Shown in pieces: positions 1-11,429 of a DNA stretch of 64,000 nucleotides. The DNA is taken from contig JAADVB010000085.1 of assembly GCA_023334545.1 (NCBI GenBank), positions 1 to 64,000 on the forward strand, given 5' to 3'. This DNA comes from Salisapilia sapeloensis CBS 127946. Taxonomy: Eukaryota; Protista; Oomycota. Every line of letters begins with the position of its first letter. Position 1 is the first letter of the stretch. Below the pieces are notes generated by a model. That model made no database searches. It was given only the letters and a program-made list of their open reading frames with translations, and had not been told where the DNA came from. Both the position numbers and the translations under genes were made by a program.

Positions 1-11
1 CATCTACGCAC

Positions 12-137
12 CGGATGCCATAGCGTATCATCCAGGTCAAACACCACAAGCTTGGGTACAGAAGAGTACTGTTTCACAAGAGCTGCTGCATCTCCTTGGG
101 ACGCACCCGGTCCTTTCGTCTTGCCTCCGCGACCCAT
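12..137 (-). CDS. MDP1: Magnesium-dependent phosphatase 1 (HAD family), first exon only; gene continues beyond window start
   Basis: Not in the ORF track. Minus strand from ATG at 137 reads MGRGGKTKG...VPKLVVFDLDDTLWHP, then a GTGCGT donor at 11. PKLxVFDLDxTLW is the MDP-1 HAD motif I. Confidence 0.75.
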
Positions 138-368
138 TCGATTACTTTGTTCTATCAAAAATTTCGAAGTAAAATTCCATTGTCAAAGATAATAAATCAC
201 CCATTGCCACACAATACGATCTACCTGCATGCAACCTAGTACTCGTCTACTATCTCCATGCAGTAGCAATCAATTCATGTACACTATAAGCTCCAATGCA
301 AAGCTCATTAATTCATGTTATCCAACGCGTCCTTCCTCTTAGCCATCTTCGATACGCAACTACCACTT

Positions 369-3300
369 CTACTGCTGCTGCATCTTCTTCAATCGCTCGC
401 GCAAGTTACTCGACGTCGTTCCTTTCGTCTTCAATCTCGACATAGTCTGTTGCAACGACGACATCTGACTCTCCACATCTCTCCTCTGCGCCCCAAATCG
501 ACTCTTACTCTCTTCCTCCACCTCCTCCTCCTGTGCAAACTCATACCCCATACCAGCAATCACCTGCCTTACTCTCGATCCAGCAGGTAAGTCCTTCACA
601 GATTTTTCAAACGTCGACGCACCAGAGTCAACCAGACTCTTCGCCATGGTCTTGAGCACTTGCTCCAGCGTCTCCTTTGCTATCTGACCACTAAACATGT
701 CGTTCTGAGGCAACGTATAGAAGGAATAGTGCACTTGCATCAACACGCCATACACATCGACGCTATCAAATGGCCGATCACTCGCTGCTTGTTTATCTGC
801 AAGCGACACCAGCAGTCTCCCGACGATCTGGTCGAGTGTATCTTTCTTCAACAAGTGTCGGTACTGACTACGACTCGTGTACTCCCCGACTTCATTCCGT
901 ACAATACGCTGCAAGGCTCCTAGGACTGACGGGAAGACGATACGAATCGCTAGTTTCTCCTGAACGACATGCAGCATCTTCAACAGCGCCTTGTACACAT
1001 ATACGAGCTGCTTCTCCTGATACGCCGTCGGGCCTTTCGGAGCGACCTCGGCAGCAGACTCAAGACGTTCATCGAGAACCTTGTGGCATAGCTCCAACAC
1101 CAGACGTTCCACTGCATACCGCTGCAGATTCTCTGCTTGTGGACTCAGTAGCACCGTGTTCAACGTCGCGAGACTTAGCGACAAGATGCTAAAGTCCAAC
1201 GGAGCATCAGTGTCGCCTCCAGAGAAACCAGCGTGGACACAAGTACACAGCGCTTCGACGATACGATTCACATGCTGCGCAACAAAAGTACGTTCCGAGT
1301 CATCACTTGGAGCTGTTAACAAGGCAAACAACGTCTTCATCGCATTCTTCCCATCGACAAACTCCTGGGACGAGTGATCCACCACGTGTGTCCCATCGGA
1401 TGTGACCATATTCGTCAGTGGGGTGAAGATCATGCCTTCCACTTGACTCATGAACGGGTCTTCTACGCTATCGACTTGAGGCTTCTCTGGTGTCGTAGCT
1501 ACCGGACGACGCACTGGAGATGGTTTCGGCGGACTTGGACGAGGAGGTGTCGACACCTCCTTGGTCTCCACGCCTCGCTTGCTCTTCATCCTCAACTCAC
1601 GTTCGATCGCATCAGCCAACGCCGCATTCGAGACGCCAATAAACTTGTGGAAAGCATCCACATCCATCGAGCTTTGGTCGTACGCAGCAACCACAAGGTC
1701 CAACGCTGCGACTCGAAGCGCGCTTTCCTTGGCGCCAGCCAAGTTGGCAGCATCTCGAAGTGTCTTGCGACCTAGAGCGTTCGTCCCGTGCGCATTCACA
1801 AGTTCCACACACAGACGTAGACACTCGACGCGACTGTTGATGCTCTTGAGCGACTGGAAACCTTCGTCCAAGTACCCTGACAGCTTCTCCGTCGAGTACA
1901 CTTGCGTCACGAGGCTCAGGACTTGTCGTATACGCACGAGGAAGCGCATCTTGGGCTGTCCACTCTGTTGCAATAGCACAGGGAGCAAAATCGCAGCTTC
2001 CGCATCCTGCATCTGCGTCTGTTCATCCACTAGAAGCTGCAGAAGCTTTACAAGCAAGTCCAGTAGCTTACCTAACGCCTGTGCATTCGAGTCCGCAAAG
2101 CGTAGAGCACACCATTTGAACGCCATGTCCATGACCGAGAGCATCTCTTGTGGTTGGGACGAAGCACAGCCTAATAACAAGTCGTTGCCTTCCATCAGCG
2201 ACTTGTCCGAGAAGAGTTTATCAGCCATCTCAGATGACAGCAATGGTCTCCACTCCGTCTGGAGTTCATTCCGTCGCTTCTCCACGTCACTTTGATCAGA
2301 CACATCCACCGTCCACTTGACATGCGCTCCTCGAGACATACGAGATGCTTTATTCGTGCTCATACGTAACAAAGTGTCTTTCGAAGCAGCATCCGATGGA
2401 CGCATCGACTGCGTCCGACTCTTCAAGCCAGGTGCCGGGATCTCTGACGACGCAGCTGCCTTGACAGGCATACTCGTCGTGCGCGTGATAGGCGAAGGTT
2501 TCTTATCCGGAGACGTCTCCAGTACCTTTTCTAGCATCGGCTTCAAGCTCCTCATCTGCGCAGGCTTCAGGTCTCGACACCCATCCATCACCGCCTTCTT
2601 CCCCACTGACGCTGCTACGATCTTGAGCACCGTCTGCGCCTTGCTTCTCGTATCTGCATTCTTATCACCTAACGACTGCACGGTCGGTGTCACAAGTACC
2701 GATAGATCTAGTTTCCCACACTTGTCCAAGTGCGTCGCAAGCCAACCAAGTAACTCGCCTCGACCAACGCTATTCGCTAGACCTTCACTAGTCGCTGGCA
2801 ACAAGCTTTCGACACATACAGACTTGGTCTCTTTGTCATGCGTCACCCACTTGTGGAGCGTATCGATCGAAGCTTGTTGCATCGACTTTTTATTATCTCC
2901 TACGCCATGGACAATGCTACTGCCAAGTGCTTTCGACGCTCGATGAATGTCCGGTCCGACAGACGTCGCGATGGACCCTAGCACCTGTGCTGCACGTACT
3001 TTAAGGTTCGCATTCGAGTCGTTCAGACGAGGTTTCATCGCACGAAGCAAGTCCTGGACGCTCTTACTAAACTCAATCGCTCCTCCAGCATCATCCAATA
3101 CGCTCTGGACGTTATCCATGGCGGCTGCACGTCTTTTCCAACTCGCAGGTCCGTTCTCGTCTTTCAATCGATCAAACAACTCTTTCGTCAAGTGCTTCGA
3201 GATATCCACACGACCAAAGACCGGTTCAGCGTCTGCTTTCGGAGGACCTTCCTCTCCCTTCACCTTCCGCTTCACACTCGCCTGTGCCTTCTCCGGATCG

Positions 3301-6188
3301 TACCCAACGCGCTCAAACTCTGCTTGCACGAGTTTCGCTAGCGCTGGTTTCCACGAATCTAAATTCAAGATCGGAAGGAGATTCGGACCGAGCTGCGTGT
3401 ACATGGCGCCTAGGAGAGAGATGGCTGCACCTCGGACCTTTGGATTCGAAGAGTCCGTCGCTTGTGGTCCTTTCGTAAAGTCCACGATGGCGCGAGGACC
3501 GCACTCGGTCAGTCCAAACTCTTCCACCACTTGCTTGATTGTCATAAGCGCTTCTAACTGCGCTAACGGAGCACGCACTTGACCTAAATGCTGCATCATA
3601 CAACCGAGCGTATAGGACGGACTCGTCGCTTCACACAGCGCGAGTTTCATGGACCGAATCACGTCTGCGGCTTTCTTATCGCCAGCTTTATCTGTCGCAA
3701 GTGGCACGACGAGCGTCACGACGGACTTGGGGAACTTGCCTGGCGTATTCTCTGCCAACGTCCCGATCGCTTGGAACGCACAGCGTAAGACATTGATGTT
3801 ACTTTCCTTAAACTGCTTCACGTTCTTTCCCAAGTACAACGTCAGTGCTTCAATAACTTTCGGCGTCAATTCCTCCGAATGTTCTCGAGCGAAAGACTCT
3901 AACGCTTCAATCGCAGCCTTGCGTTCCAGCCACTTGGAACTAGCCAATCCAGCTTGGACTTGAGCAAAGTCGGGGATACCAAGACCTTCGACGACTCCAT
4001 CCGCTTCCTCCGCTTCTGTCGACATGGCGATAGGAGAGTACTCTGTACTCCCACCGCCTCCACTCGTCTTAGTTGGTGCAGCAGACTTCTTTGCTGGTGG
4101 CTTGGAACCGAAACGAGATGACGGACCTTTCGGTTTTTTAATCTCCGGCGCTTTCGTCTCCGGCGTCTTGCTCTCCATGTCAACGTCTGTAGTCGCCTTG
4201 GCTTTTGTCTTTCCAGAACTCGGACGAGATGATGTGGAGCTAGCTGCAGATGCAGGACGAGACGTCGCAGGAGAAGAAGACGCGTTCCCATCCAACTGCT
4301 GCTTGACAGTCTTGAACGCACGTGCGTTGGAGGTCTGGAGTTTCTCCATCAACGGCTTGACAAGCTTCGGAGCATCCTCGGAGCTCTTCAAGAGTGCGAC
4401 AAAGGCTTCTTGTCCAGCCTTGCGTACCGTCGGATCCGTGTCATCTATACCTACGAGCATCAACTTGCCCAGATCCATTAGGACAGCCTTGTCGCTCACA
4501 TTGATCATAGGCACTTCGACGCATCGTCTCAAGAAGCCGAGCGTCTGGGCACGAGCCGGTGGCGCCTTGTTTTTACTACTATCCATGGCTACTTTCAAGT
4601 CGTCTAGCATGAGATCGATACCCATGCAATGCATCAGGAACATATCCAACGCTTTATTCGTCGGTTGCAAGACCGATACTTTTTTGTCCGAGAGTTTTTT
4701 CAATAGATCTGAGAACAACTGACGTGCATGTGGAGAAAAGTTCTTGCGCAATCCATCCGCCAAGACACTCATCACTTCAATCGCTTTACCCTGGACATTC
4801 ACATTCGAATCGCTTAACAGTTTCTTTAAAACACTCACGAGTTCATAGTAATCGCCATTCGTAAGCTTTGGCACTGGACCTGCTGCATCCACAACTGCCT
4901 GTAGTGCCTCCATACGGATACTCCACTTGGCTTCTTGAATCTGTTTGTAAAACTGCAGTTGAGAAAGTTTAGATAATAAATCCACTTCGGCTGTAAACTC
5001 TCGAGCGTCCATCACTGGTGCTTTCGTCTGTGCTTTCGTCTCCACTGCTTTTGCGCCACGAATAAACTTGGTCGCTTCAGCTTGTCCAGGTGTAATGTCC
5101 TTCGTTTGGTCCGCAAACTCTGTCTGTTGCGCTTGACGAAGGTTGTCAACAATGCCTTGGACGACGGCAGGTCCAATCCAACGATGGAGTTCCACCAGAA
5201 TCTGCATCGCGACTGGACGCACACCATTCACGGTCGATTCACACAGCTTTGGCAATGCTTTGACGATCGATTGCACCGGTACTACCTTTGGTCCGTACTC
5301 TTTTAAAGCGTCCAATACACACTGGAGACTAGCTGACGCTACTTTGGGTTTCTTCCCGCCTGCAGCTTCTAACAGTGCTTCGATCGTCGGGGTGGCGGCT
5401 CCAGCCGCTACGAAATTGTCTACTAACTCTGCACTGGCTGCCTGAACGCTGGATCGACCGGCTAAGCCTTTATCTGCCACGCGCTTGATGATAGGAGGAA
5501 TGATCGTTTCGTCCACATCCTGCACATTCTTCGCGTACGCTAAGACGGCTCGAATACCTGGCTCCAACGCACCTGCAATCGGGTCCTGGCACATCTTTAC
5601 GTAAAGTTCTAAAAGAGGTCGAACATCATCTGACTTGAGGTCTGGCCTGTCAGCTAGCTGCATGGCACTTTCATACGCGCTTTTACGTGTCATCCAATTC
5701 TTTTCCTTGACATTTGCAACGATTTCATCTAATGACATCATAGATGTGGTGTCTGTAGCAGATGCAGACTTAGCCTCCGTTGGTGGAGCTTCTGATGGTG
5801 GATCGGATGACGCAAGATCGAGCGAAGGCAAAGCACTAGGTGTGGACTGCACAGCTGGAGGAGAATTTGCGACTCGACTCACAGGTGCAGGTGGAGGAGC
5901 CTCCATATTAACGTCCTCTGTCTCTGTAGGCGCCTTACGTTGCGCTGGGATTGGAGGCGAGTTCGCGACCGCCGGCTGTCTCGCCGCAGGCAATGGCGGA
6001 GACCTCGGAATGGATTGTGCAGGTGGCTCTGGAGCTTGGCTAGTATCCTCTTCTTCCGCCGTTTCCTCATCATCATGATTAATTGTAGATTTAAACGCCC
6101 GCTGCACGTTCAAGAGGTCTGCGATGTCTTCACCCGCACAAAGTGGACAAGTGCAACTCATCGTCCGAAGACATGTTTGTGTGCTCAT
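369..6188 (-). CDS. CKAP5: XMAP215/ch-TOG/MOR1 family TOG-domain microtubule polymerase (1939 aa, single exon)
   Basis: Repeated TOG/HEAT blocks with the conserved WxxR tubulin-binding loop (NWMTRK, KWSIRM, KWLERK, SWKRRA), low-complexity basic linkers and a C-terminal helical domain. Confidence 0.93.
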   Translation of the reverse strand: MSTQTCLRTMSCTCPLCAGEDIADLLNVQRAFKSTINHDDEETAEEEDTSQAPEPPAQSIPRSPPLPAARQPAVANSPPIPAQRKAPTETEDVNMEAPPPAPVSRVANSPPAVQSTPSALPSLDLASSDPPSEAPPTEAKSASATDTTSMMSLDEIVANVKEKNWMTRKSAYESAMQLADRPDLKSDDVRPLLELYVKMCQDPIAGALEPGIRAVLAYAKNVQDVDETIIPPIIKRVADKGLAGRSSVQAASAELVDNFVAAGAATPTIEALLEAAGGKKPKVASASLQCVLDALKEYGPKVVPVQSIVKALPKLCESTVNGVRPVAMQILVELHRWIGPAVVQGIVDNLRQAQQTEFADQTKDITPGQAEATKFIRGAKAVETKAQTKAPVMDAREFTAEVDLLSKLSQLQFYKQIQEAKWSIRMEALQAVVDAAGPVPKLTNGDYYELVSVLKKLLSDSNVNVQGKAIEVMSVLADGLRKNFSPHARQLFSDLLKKLSDKKVSVLQPTNKALDMFLMHCMGIDLMLDDLKVAMDSSKNKAPPARAQTLGFLRRCVEVPMINVSDKAVLMDLGKLMLVGIDDTDPTVRKAGQEAFVALLKSSEDAPKLVKPLMEKLQTSNARAFKTVKQQLDGNASSSPATSRPASAASSTSSRPSSGKTKAKATTDVDMESKTPETKAPEIKKPKGPSSRFGSKPPAKKSAAPTKTSGGGGSTEYSPIAMSTEAEEADGVVEGLGIPDFAQVQAGLASSKWLERKAAIEALESFAREHSEELTPKVIEALTLYLGKNVKQFKESNINVLRCAFQAIGTLAENTPGKFPKSVVTLVVPLATDKAGDKKAADVIRSMKLALCEATSPSYTLGCMMQHLGQVRAPLAQLEALMTIKQVVEEFGLTECGPRAIVDFTKGPQATDSSNPKVRGAAISLLGAMYTQLGPNLLPILNLDSWKPALAKLVQAEFERVGYDPEKAQASVKRKVKGEEGPPKADAEPVFGRVDISKHLTKELFDRLKDENGPASWKRRAAAMDNVQSVLDDAGGAIEFSKSVQDLLRAMKPRLNDSNANLKVRAAQVLGSIATSVGPDIHRASKALGSSIVHGVGDNKKSMQQASIDTLHKWVTHDKETKSVCVESLLPATSEGLANSVGRGELLGWLATHLDKCGKLDLSVLVTPTVQSLGDKNADTRSKAQTVLKIVAASVGKKAVMDGCRDLKPAQMRSLKPMLEKVLETSPDKKPSPITRTTSMPVKAAASSEIPAPGLKSRTQSMRPSDAASKDTLLRMSTNKASRMSRGAHVKWTVDVSDQSDVEKRRNELQTEWRPLLSSEMADKLFSDKSLMEGNDLLLGCASSQPQEMLSVMDMAFKWCALRFADSNAQALGKLLDLLVKLLQLLVDEQTQMQDAEAAILLPVLLQQSGQPKMRFLVRIRQVLSLVTQVYSTEKLSGYLDEGFQSLKSINSRVECLRLCVELVNAHGTNALGRKTLRDAANLAGAKESALRVAALDLVVAAYDQSSMDVDAFHKFIGVSNAALADAIERELRMKSKRGVETKEVSTPPRPSPPKPSPVRRPVATTPEKPQVDSVEDPFMSQVEGMIFTPLTNMVTSDGTHVVDHSSQEFVDGKNAMKTLFALLTAPSDDSERTFVAQHVNRIVEALCTCVHAGFSGGDTDAPLDFSILSLSLATLNTVLLSPQAENLQRYAVERLVLELCHKVLDERLESAAEVAPKGPTAYQEKQLVYVYKALLKMLHVVQEKLAIRIVFPSVLGALQRIVRNEVGEYTSRSQYRHLLKKDTLDQIVGRLLVSLADKQAASDRPFDSVDVYGVLMQVHYSFYTLPQNDMFSGQIAKETLEQVLKTMAKSLVDSGASTFEKSVKDLPAGSRVRQVIAGMGYEFAQEEEVEEESKSRFGAQRRDVESQMSSLQQTMSRLKTKGTTSSNLRERLKKMQQQ

Positions 6189-6637
6189 TTTTGCAGTTGT
6201 AAAGGATCTAGTGACTAAACTAGGTAGTGTATATGGTAGCTTTCGTATAAAGCTTGATTTCCTGTGTGTTCTATCGGATCAACGCAGTACGGATGTGGTA
6301 GTACTCCTGACTAAAGTCTACCTTCTGCCTGGTCCCTCCCGCGCTTTCTTCTTGTTTTGAACCAATACGATCTTCCCGATCAAGTACGATGTACCATTAT
6401 CGTACCAACTTAAGAGAGGCATTATAGCCGTTGAGATAATAACGAAGTAGAACATACCATTCTTCATAAGCATGTACAAAAGATTATTCTTATGGTGGTA
6501 TCTTTTTCTTCCTTTTATAAGTTGGCTGGGTACGGATGGAATGGATTCAGGCTAAGAGAATACATAGTTAGAGTGTAACGGATCTTGAAAGGTACTTGAC
6601 GACGACACAAGAATCAGGCTTCAGAGTGAGATTCGAC

Positions 6638-8729
6638 ATGGAGGAGCGAATAGCTACGTTTATTGATGCAATACAGCAAGAATATGACTGCCCAAAGGAT
6701 GATAGTGGATGTACCGAGACGTGCTTACCTGAAGAAGTGGAGGAAGGCAATACGGAATATAAACTGCAGCTTCTGAACCCAGCTCCAGGTATAGACTTCC
6801 CATCTCCTTCACTGGAAGTCAATACGAACCTTGCTTGACGATACATGCAATACAGAACGACTGGTACAGTTAACGACACAGCTTCATTGGAGACTGAATG
6901 AAGGTAAGGGAGTCGCTTTCTATGAATTGGGCGTCCGAGACAATGGACAAGCCGTGGGTATCACTCAAGACGATATGGCTACATCCATCGCAACATTGTC
7001 CAAGTACGTTCTTGTGAACAATGCACATCAAATCCATCCAGCTCGTTGAACTAATATCGATATAGGATGTGCGAAATGGTTGAGGCTGAATTATCATTAA
7101 TTCGCTTTCGACGAGGCAAAAGTGAACACTTGCGGTCTGCAAGGCTGCAAATCCATCGCTTCGACGGTCAAAGGCAAACGTTTAAACAACTTCGAAGTAT
7201 ATAATAGCATACATTTCATCATCCGGGAGTAGAATTAATTTTTATGTGCTAGTATCTGTGACTGGGGACGTAGCAAGTGGTAAATCAACCTTGGTGAGCG
7301 TTTTGACCCACGGTCTATTAGATGACGGAGAAGGTTTGGCTCGAATGCAAGTCTTTCGGTACGTAGGAGGCAGTGCTAACATCGAGAGTGCAAATATAAT
7401 TTCTGTGCCCATATATTAGACACCGCCACGAGCTAGAGAATGGTCGAACATCTTGTCTAAGTGAACACACCATTGGTTTCTATCTTTTGTAGAATACGCG
7501 CTCGATTGATACTCATCCCGACAATAGGCGTGACTGCAGATGGTCAATTTCATAGTCTCGATGCGTTCGATACGGACGACTTCTGTGAAGAAGATGCACC
7601 GAAAGACTTTACAAGACTTATTACACTCAGCGATCTTGCTGGTCATAAGAAATACTTGAAAGTAACAGGTACTCCTATTCTACTTCCAATGCAAAAGTAT
7701 ATATATTTAATCATGTCTCTGTAGCTGCTGGATTGGCCGGTCAATTCCCAGACTATGCATTCCTGGTTATCGACTGTTGCAGTGGTGTCCAAGCAATGAC
7801 AAAGGAGCATCTAAAGATTGCAGCCGCATTGGAAGTACCGCTCATCATCGTTCTAACGAAAACAGACCTCGTATCCACAGATCGCCGAGAAGAAACTATC
7901 GCCGATATAATGTCACTTTTACACATTGTCTGTCCAGATAAAATCATTCTTACAGGAGAGCATGCGAAGCAAAGTATCCAGTGTATCCCGATCTTCCAGC
8001 TATCGAACGTTACTGGCGATGGACTTATCCGTCTCCAGCAATTCCTTTCCACATTGGAACCGACTAGAGTACGACATTCCACATCATTCCCATAGACACA
8101 CAACTAACGTAAACTAGTTATGGGCACACCATACTTCGACACCAGCAGAGTTCCACATCGGTAAAGCTTTTGAACTGGAAGACACTGGTACAATCGTCAC
8201 AGGCCTCATGCAGAGTGGGACGATATGGAGTGAAGAGACTTTGCTCCTCGGTCCAGATAGCTCTGGGCGATTTATCAACGTCGTTGTCGATAGTATCCAC
8301 GCCCAACATCGACCGGTGCAGTATTTAACGGCAGGAGAAGCTGGTGCCTTACTCATCCGGTTCTCGAATCCTGGTATGCAAGCTTCGTTCGTACGCAGAG
8401 GCATGCTGTTGCTCCATCCGAGTGTACGCCCGACAGCTTCGATGCAATTCGAGGCCGAAGTCCGATTCTTCGATGACTCGAAAAGGATACGAAAGAATCA
8501 TCAAGCTGTCGTGCATGTCGGACCTGTCCGTCAAATGGCCAGGCTAGTACAGATCGACGGAGAGGTCCCTCAACTACGCACAGCTCTATGTCGCTTTGAG
8601 TTCATGTACTATCCTGAATATTTACGACCAGACCTACCGCTTGTACTGCGTGACACCTACGCACAAGCGGTAGGAAAAGTGATACGAACGGTACCTACGT
8701 CTACTTCCAGTACGACGAAAGTCAAGTGA
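6638..8729 (+). CDS. GTPBP2: GTP-binding protein 2 (GTPBP1/2 translational GTPase), multi-exon
   Basis: Spliced reading gives PEEVEEGNTEYKLQL..ERLVQLTTQLHWRLNEGKG, G1 GDVASGKSTL, FRHRHELENGRT, DLAGHKKYLK, LTKTD and EF-Tu-like domains II/III. About 6-7 short GT-AG introns. Confidence 0.9.
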
Positions 8730-9094
8730 TGTCGAGAGTTTAAAGGTATGCAGCATGGTAGTACTAGTAAGCCTTCTTTTTCATTTGCACAATCAACGCC
8801 TAATGCAGGAGAATACACTGTTTCTTGCTCATTACTATCCGAATTGACCATGCTCATATAAATACCACTGACTGACGCACCAAATCATGCTGAAACGCTT
8901 TGCTAGGCACTCTTCGACTTCTTACCGATCTAAAAATATAAAATGCTGGACCTGCGTCTCAGCGAAGAAGGCAAGAATCGACAAGACTAGCATCAAGACA
9001 AGAGGTCAGCTTGTTTTGAGTTGAAGATACTCTCTCTGGCGCTTACATTAGACTGCTGAAAGTGCATCAAGTCGCAGTGGTAACTTGTAAAAGT

Positions 9095-11050
9095 ATGAGC
9101 GAAACGTGTGTGGACAGCACAACCAGCGCATCTTCAGCATCCAACATCAATGGCGACGGTCCTGTAGAAGAAAATGACTTAAGTCCAACAAACGGCCGCG
9201 TGAGCAAGTCCACGAACACTGCTCCATGCTCATTAACAAAGCGAAGAGTAGCTCGTGCTGTCAGTATTGAAGAAATTTTTGCAACTGTCAGCAGTGTCCG
9301 TAGCTCTGGTCTAGACGCACATTCCCCAACACGCATCGTCCTTAGCCCACGATCTGCTGAGGCATGCTTGAAAACCGGTATTAATCCAGAGACACTTCAA
9401 ATTCGAGATCTCGACTCGTTCTATGATCCACAGGTGAATGCTGCCGTCCAGCGCATGCGCCATGAAGCGTATTCTATGCGACGTCATGAGCAAATGAAAG
9501 CAGCTCGAGCTGAACGCAAGCGTCTGATTGGAGATGACGATGTTCCTGTCAGCCAATTTGCCAAGCCGTCTAAAAAAGCTTCAAGTGCTTCTGCGACGCC
9601 ATTAAAACCACAAGAGTCTACTTCTGCTCTCGAGTTGGAGAAGAAGAGGCTAGAGAAACTTCAAAAGCGACAAGAACGTGAACTGGCACAAATGCTTGAG
9701 TTTGAGATGAAGATGAGTCGTATTCAGACGGAGGCAGATGCGAAGGTTGAGCGAGAACGACAATTGCAAGAACGGCGGGAGCGGGAGCGTTTGAGGGCTG
9801 AACAGCAAGCTGCACAGGAAAAGCGGCGGAAGGAATTGGAGAAGAAGGCACAGCAAGACGCCGAGGAAGAGCGCCGAAGAGTTCTTGCTGCCGAAATGGC
9901 AGCACAGGACCGAGCCATCGCGGAACGGAAAGCTAGGGAAGAAAAGATACGAAAGTTGGAAGCAAAGCAGAAGGAAGAAGAGAGGAGGGCTAAAGCGGAG
10001 GAACATCGACGCGAGGCTGAAATGGCGGCAAAAAAGCAACAAGCGGAAATTCAGCGTCGCTTGCAAGACCTTGAACGTGCGGAAGAAGCACGGCAGAAAA
10101 TGGTGGAGGATCAGCGTCAAGAGCGTGCGGCAGCATATGAAGAAAAGAGGAAGGTGGTGACGCTGCGACTGCAACGAAACGTTCAAATGAGTAAGAGACT
10201 AGAAGCTCAGCGCAAGATAGAGATTAAGCAAAAGCAGCAGATGAGCGAAAAAAAACGGAGACAAATGGAGGAAGAGCGAGAGCGGGAGCGAGCAATCCAG
10301 CAGCAGCAGTTAGAACGAGCTGAACGGAAGAGGTTGATGGTGCTGGAGGAGACTCGAAGAGAGGAGGAGAAAAGAAAGCAAGAACTGCTCGCGAAGCAAA
10401 TGGAAATGGACGAAGCGGTTCGACAGACACAAATAAAGCAACAGAGACAGCGTGAACTTCGGAAGGAAGCGCGGCAGTTGCAAGCTCAGTTGAAGGTGGA
10501 TAAAGTGGAGCGAATGAAACGAGTACAAGAGTACCAGCGATTAGAAACCTTACGCAAACTTCAGGAGGTAGAGCGACGGACGCAAGAAATGCTCACACAG
10601 AAAGAGGAGCTTGTGAAACGAAGAAAGGAAATATCTGTGCAGAGTAAGATTAAGCGAGACGAGATCATGGTGGAAATGGAAAAGGTGAAGGCAACCAAGA
10701 AGTGGGATAAAGCGTCCAAGACGATCGCTAAAGTGATGAACAAGAGTCCGGGTAAAAGTTTAAAGCAACGACCAATATCAGGCAGTGTAATCACGAAGCA
10801 GAGTTCATTGCCCAAGTTACCAGCACCGAATTCAGCGAGTGCATCGATGAGCCGAGCGAGTCTGCAGTACTCAACAGCGGATGACAATGGCCCGAAATTG
10901 TCTCCTCCGCCCACTAGAACGGCATTCAAGTACACGAAATCTACGCAGGAAGAAGAGGAGGAACCGCAGCCATATGTATCGGTGTATGATCAACCTGTAA
11001 GCATGACACGGGCGAAGAAAAGCAAACACAGTCGATCCACGGTATTTTAA
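9095..11050 (+). CDS. Long coiled-coil protein with CCDC177/185-like N-terminal motif
   Basis: Motif LSPRSAEACLKTGINPETL..DSF...QRMRHEAY followed by ~400 aa of E/K/R/Q-rich coiled coil. First ATG at 9095. Confidence 0.6.
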   Translation: MSETCVDSTTSASSASNINGDGPVEENDLSPTNGRVSKSTNTAPCSLTKRRVARAVSIEEIFATVSSVRSSGLDAHSPTRIVLSPRSAEACLKTGINPETLQIRDLDSFYDPQVNAAVQRMRHEAYSMRRHEQMKAARAERKRLIGDDDVPVSQFAKPSKKASSASATPLKPQESTSALELEKKRLEKLQKRQERELAQMLEFEMKMSRIQTEADAKVERERQLQERRERERLRAEQQAAQEKRRKELEKKAQQDAEEERRRVLAAEMAAQDRAIAERKAREEKIRKLEAKQKEEERRAKAEEHRREAEMAAKKQQAEIQRRLQDLERAEEARQKMVEDQRQERAAAYEEKRKVVTLRLQRNVQMSKRLEAQRKIEIKQKQQMSEKKRRQMEEERERERAIQQQQLERAERKRLMVLEETRREEEKRKQELLAKQMEMDEAVRQTQIKQQRQRELRKEARQLQAQLKVDKVERMKRVQEYQRLETLRKLQEVERRTQEMLTQKEELVKRRKEISVQSKIKRDEIMVEMEKVKATKKWDKASKTIAKVMNKSPGKSLKQRPISGSVITKQSSLPKLPAPNSASASMSRASLQYSTADDNGPKLSPPPTRTAFKYTKSTQEEEEEPQPYVSVYDQPVSMTRAKKSKHSRSTVF

Positions 11051-11429
11051 GAAGATAAATGTGTTTTTAAACTTATCTATCTACATGTGTGCACGTCTTT
11101 TTGCCTCAAGCGTCAATGTTTCTACGTCGAAGGTCTACTAGGCGATGTGAAGTGACTCGACGTCTCTTGATAAAAATACCGCCATTCAAATTCCCACCAT
11201 TTCATTTAAATCGCATACATAGAAATATATAATTACACTTCAAACATATTATTTATGTAAAATAATATGGTATAAATGTACACAGATATTATTTTATAAA
11301 CCTTAATCCTTAAAAAATACATCGTTTTTTGTGTTAAATTGTAAACTGCAGTTGGTCGCATACAAAAAACCGCCCAAATCGCAAGACAAGGCGGGAGAAC
11401 GACCGCCTTGACCGTCTTTTCGAAGCATC

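Noticed and set aside
1561-4722. Chain of long + strand ORFs (244, 209, 211, 232 aa)
   Set aside because: They are antisense shadows of the XMAP215 gene caused by codon bias. They are S/A/T-rich, have no motifs and mostly use non-ATG starts.
6183-6198. GCTCATTTTTGCAGTT, resembling the oomycete INR/FPR core promoter on the + strand
   Set aside because: It coincides with the reverse complement of the XMAP215 start codon, matches imperfectly and lies ~450 bp from the GTPBP2 ATG. It cannot be supported without TSS data.
6384-6405. GTACGAT-N8-ATCGTAC inverted repeat in the divergent promoter
   Set aside because: A 7-bp stem is expected by chance in 64 kb.
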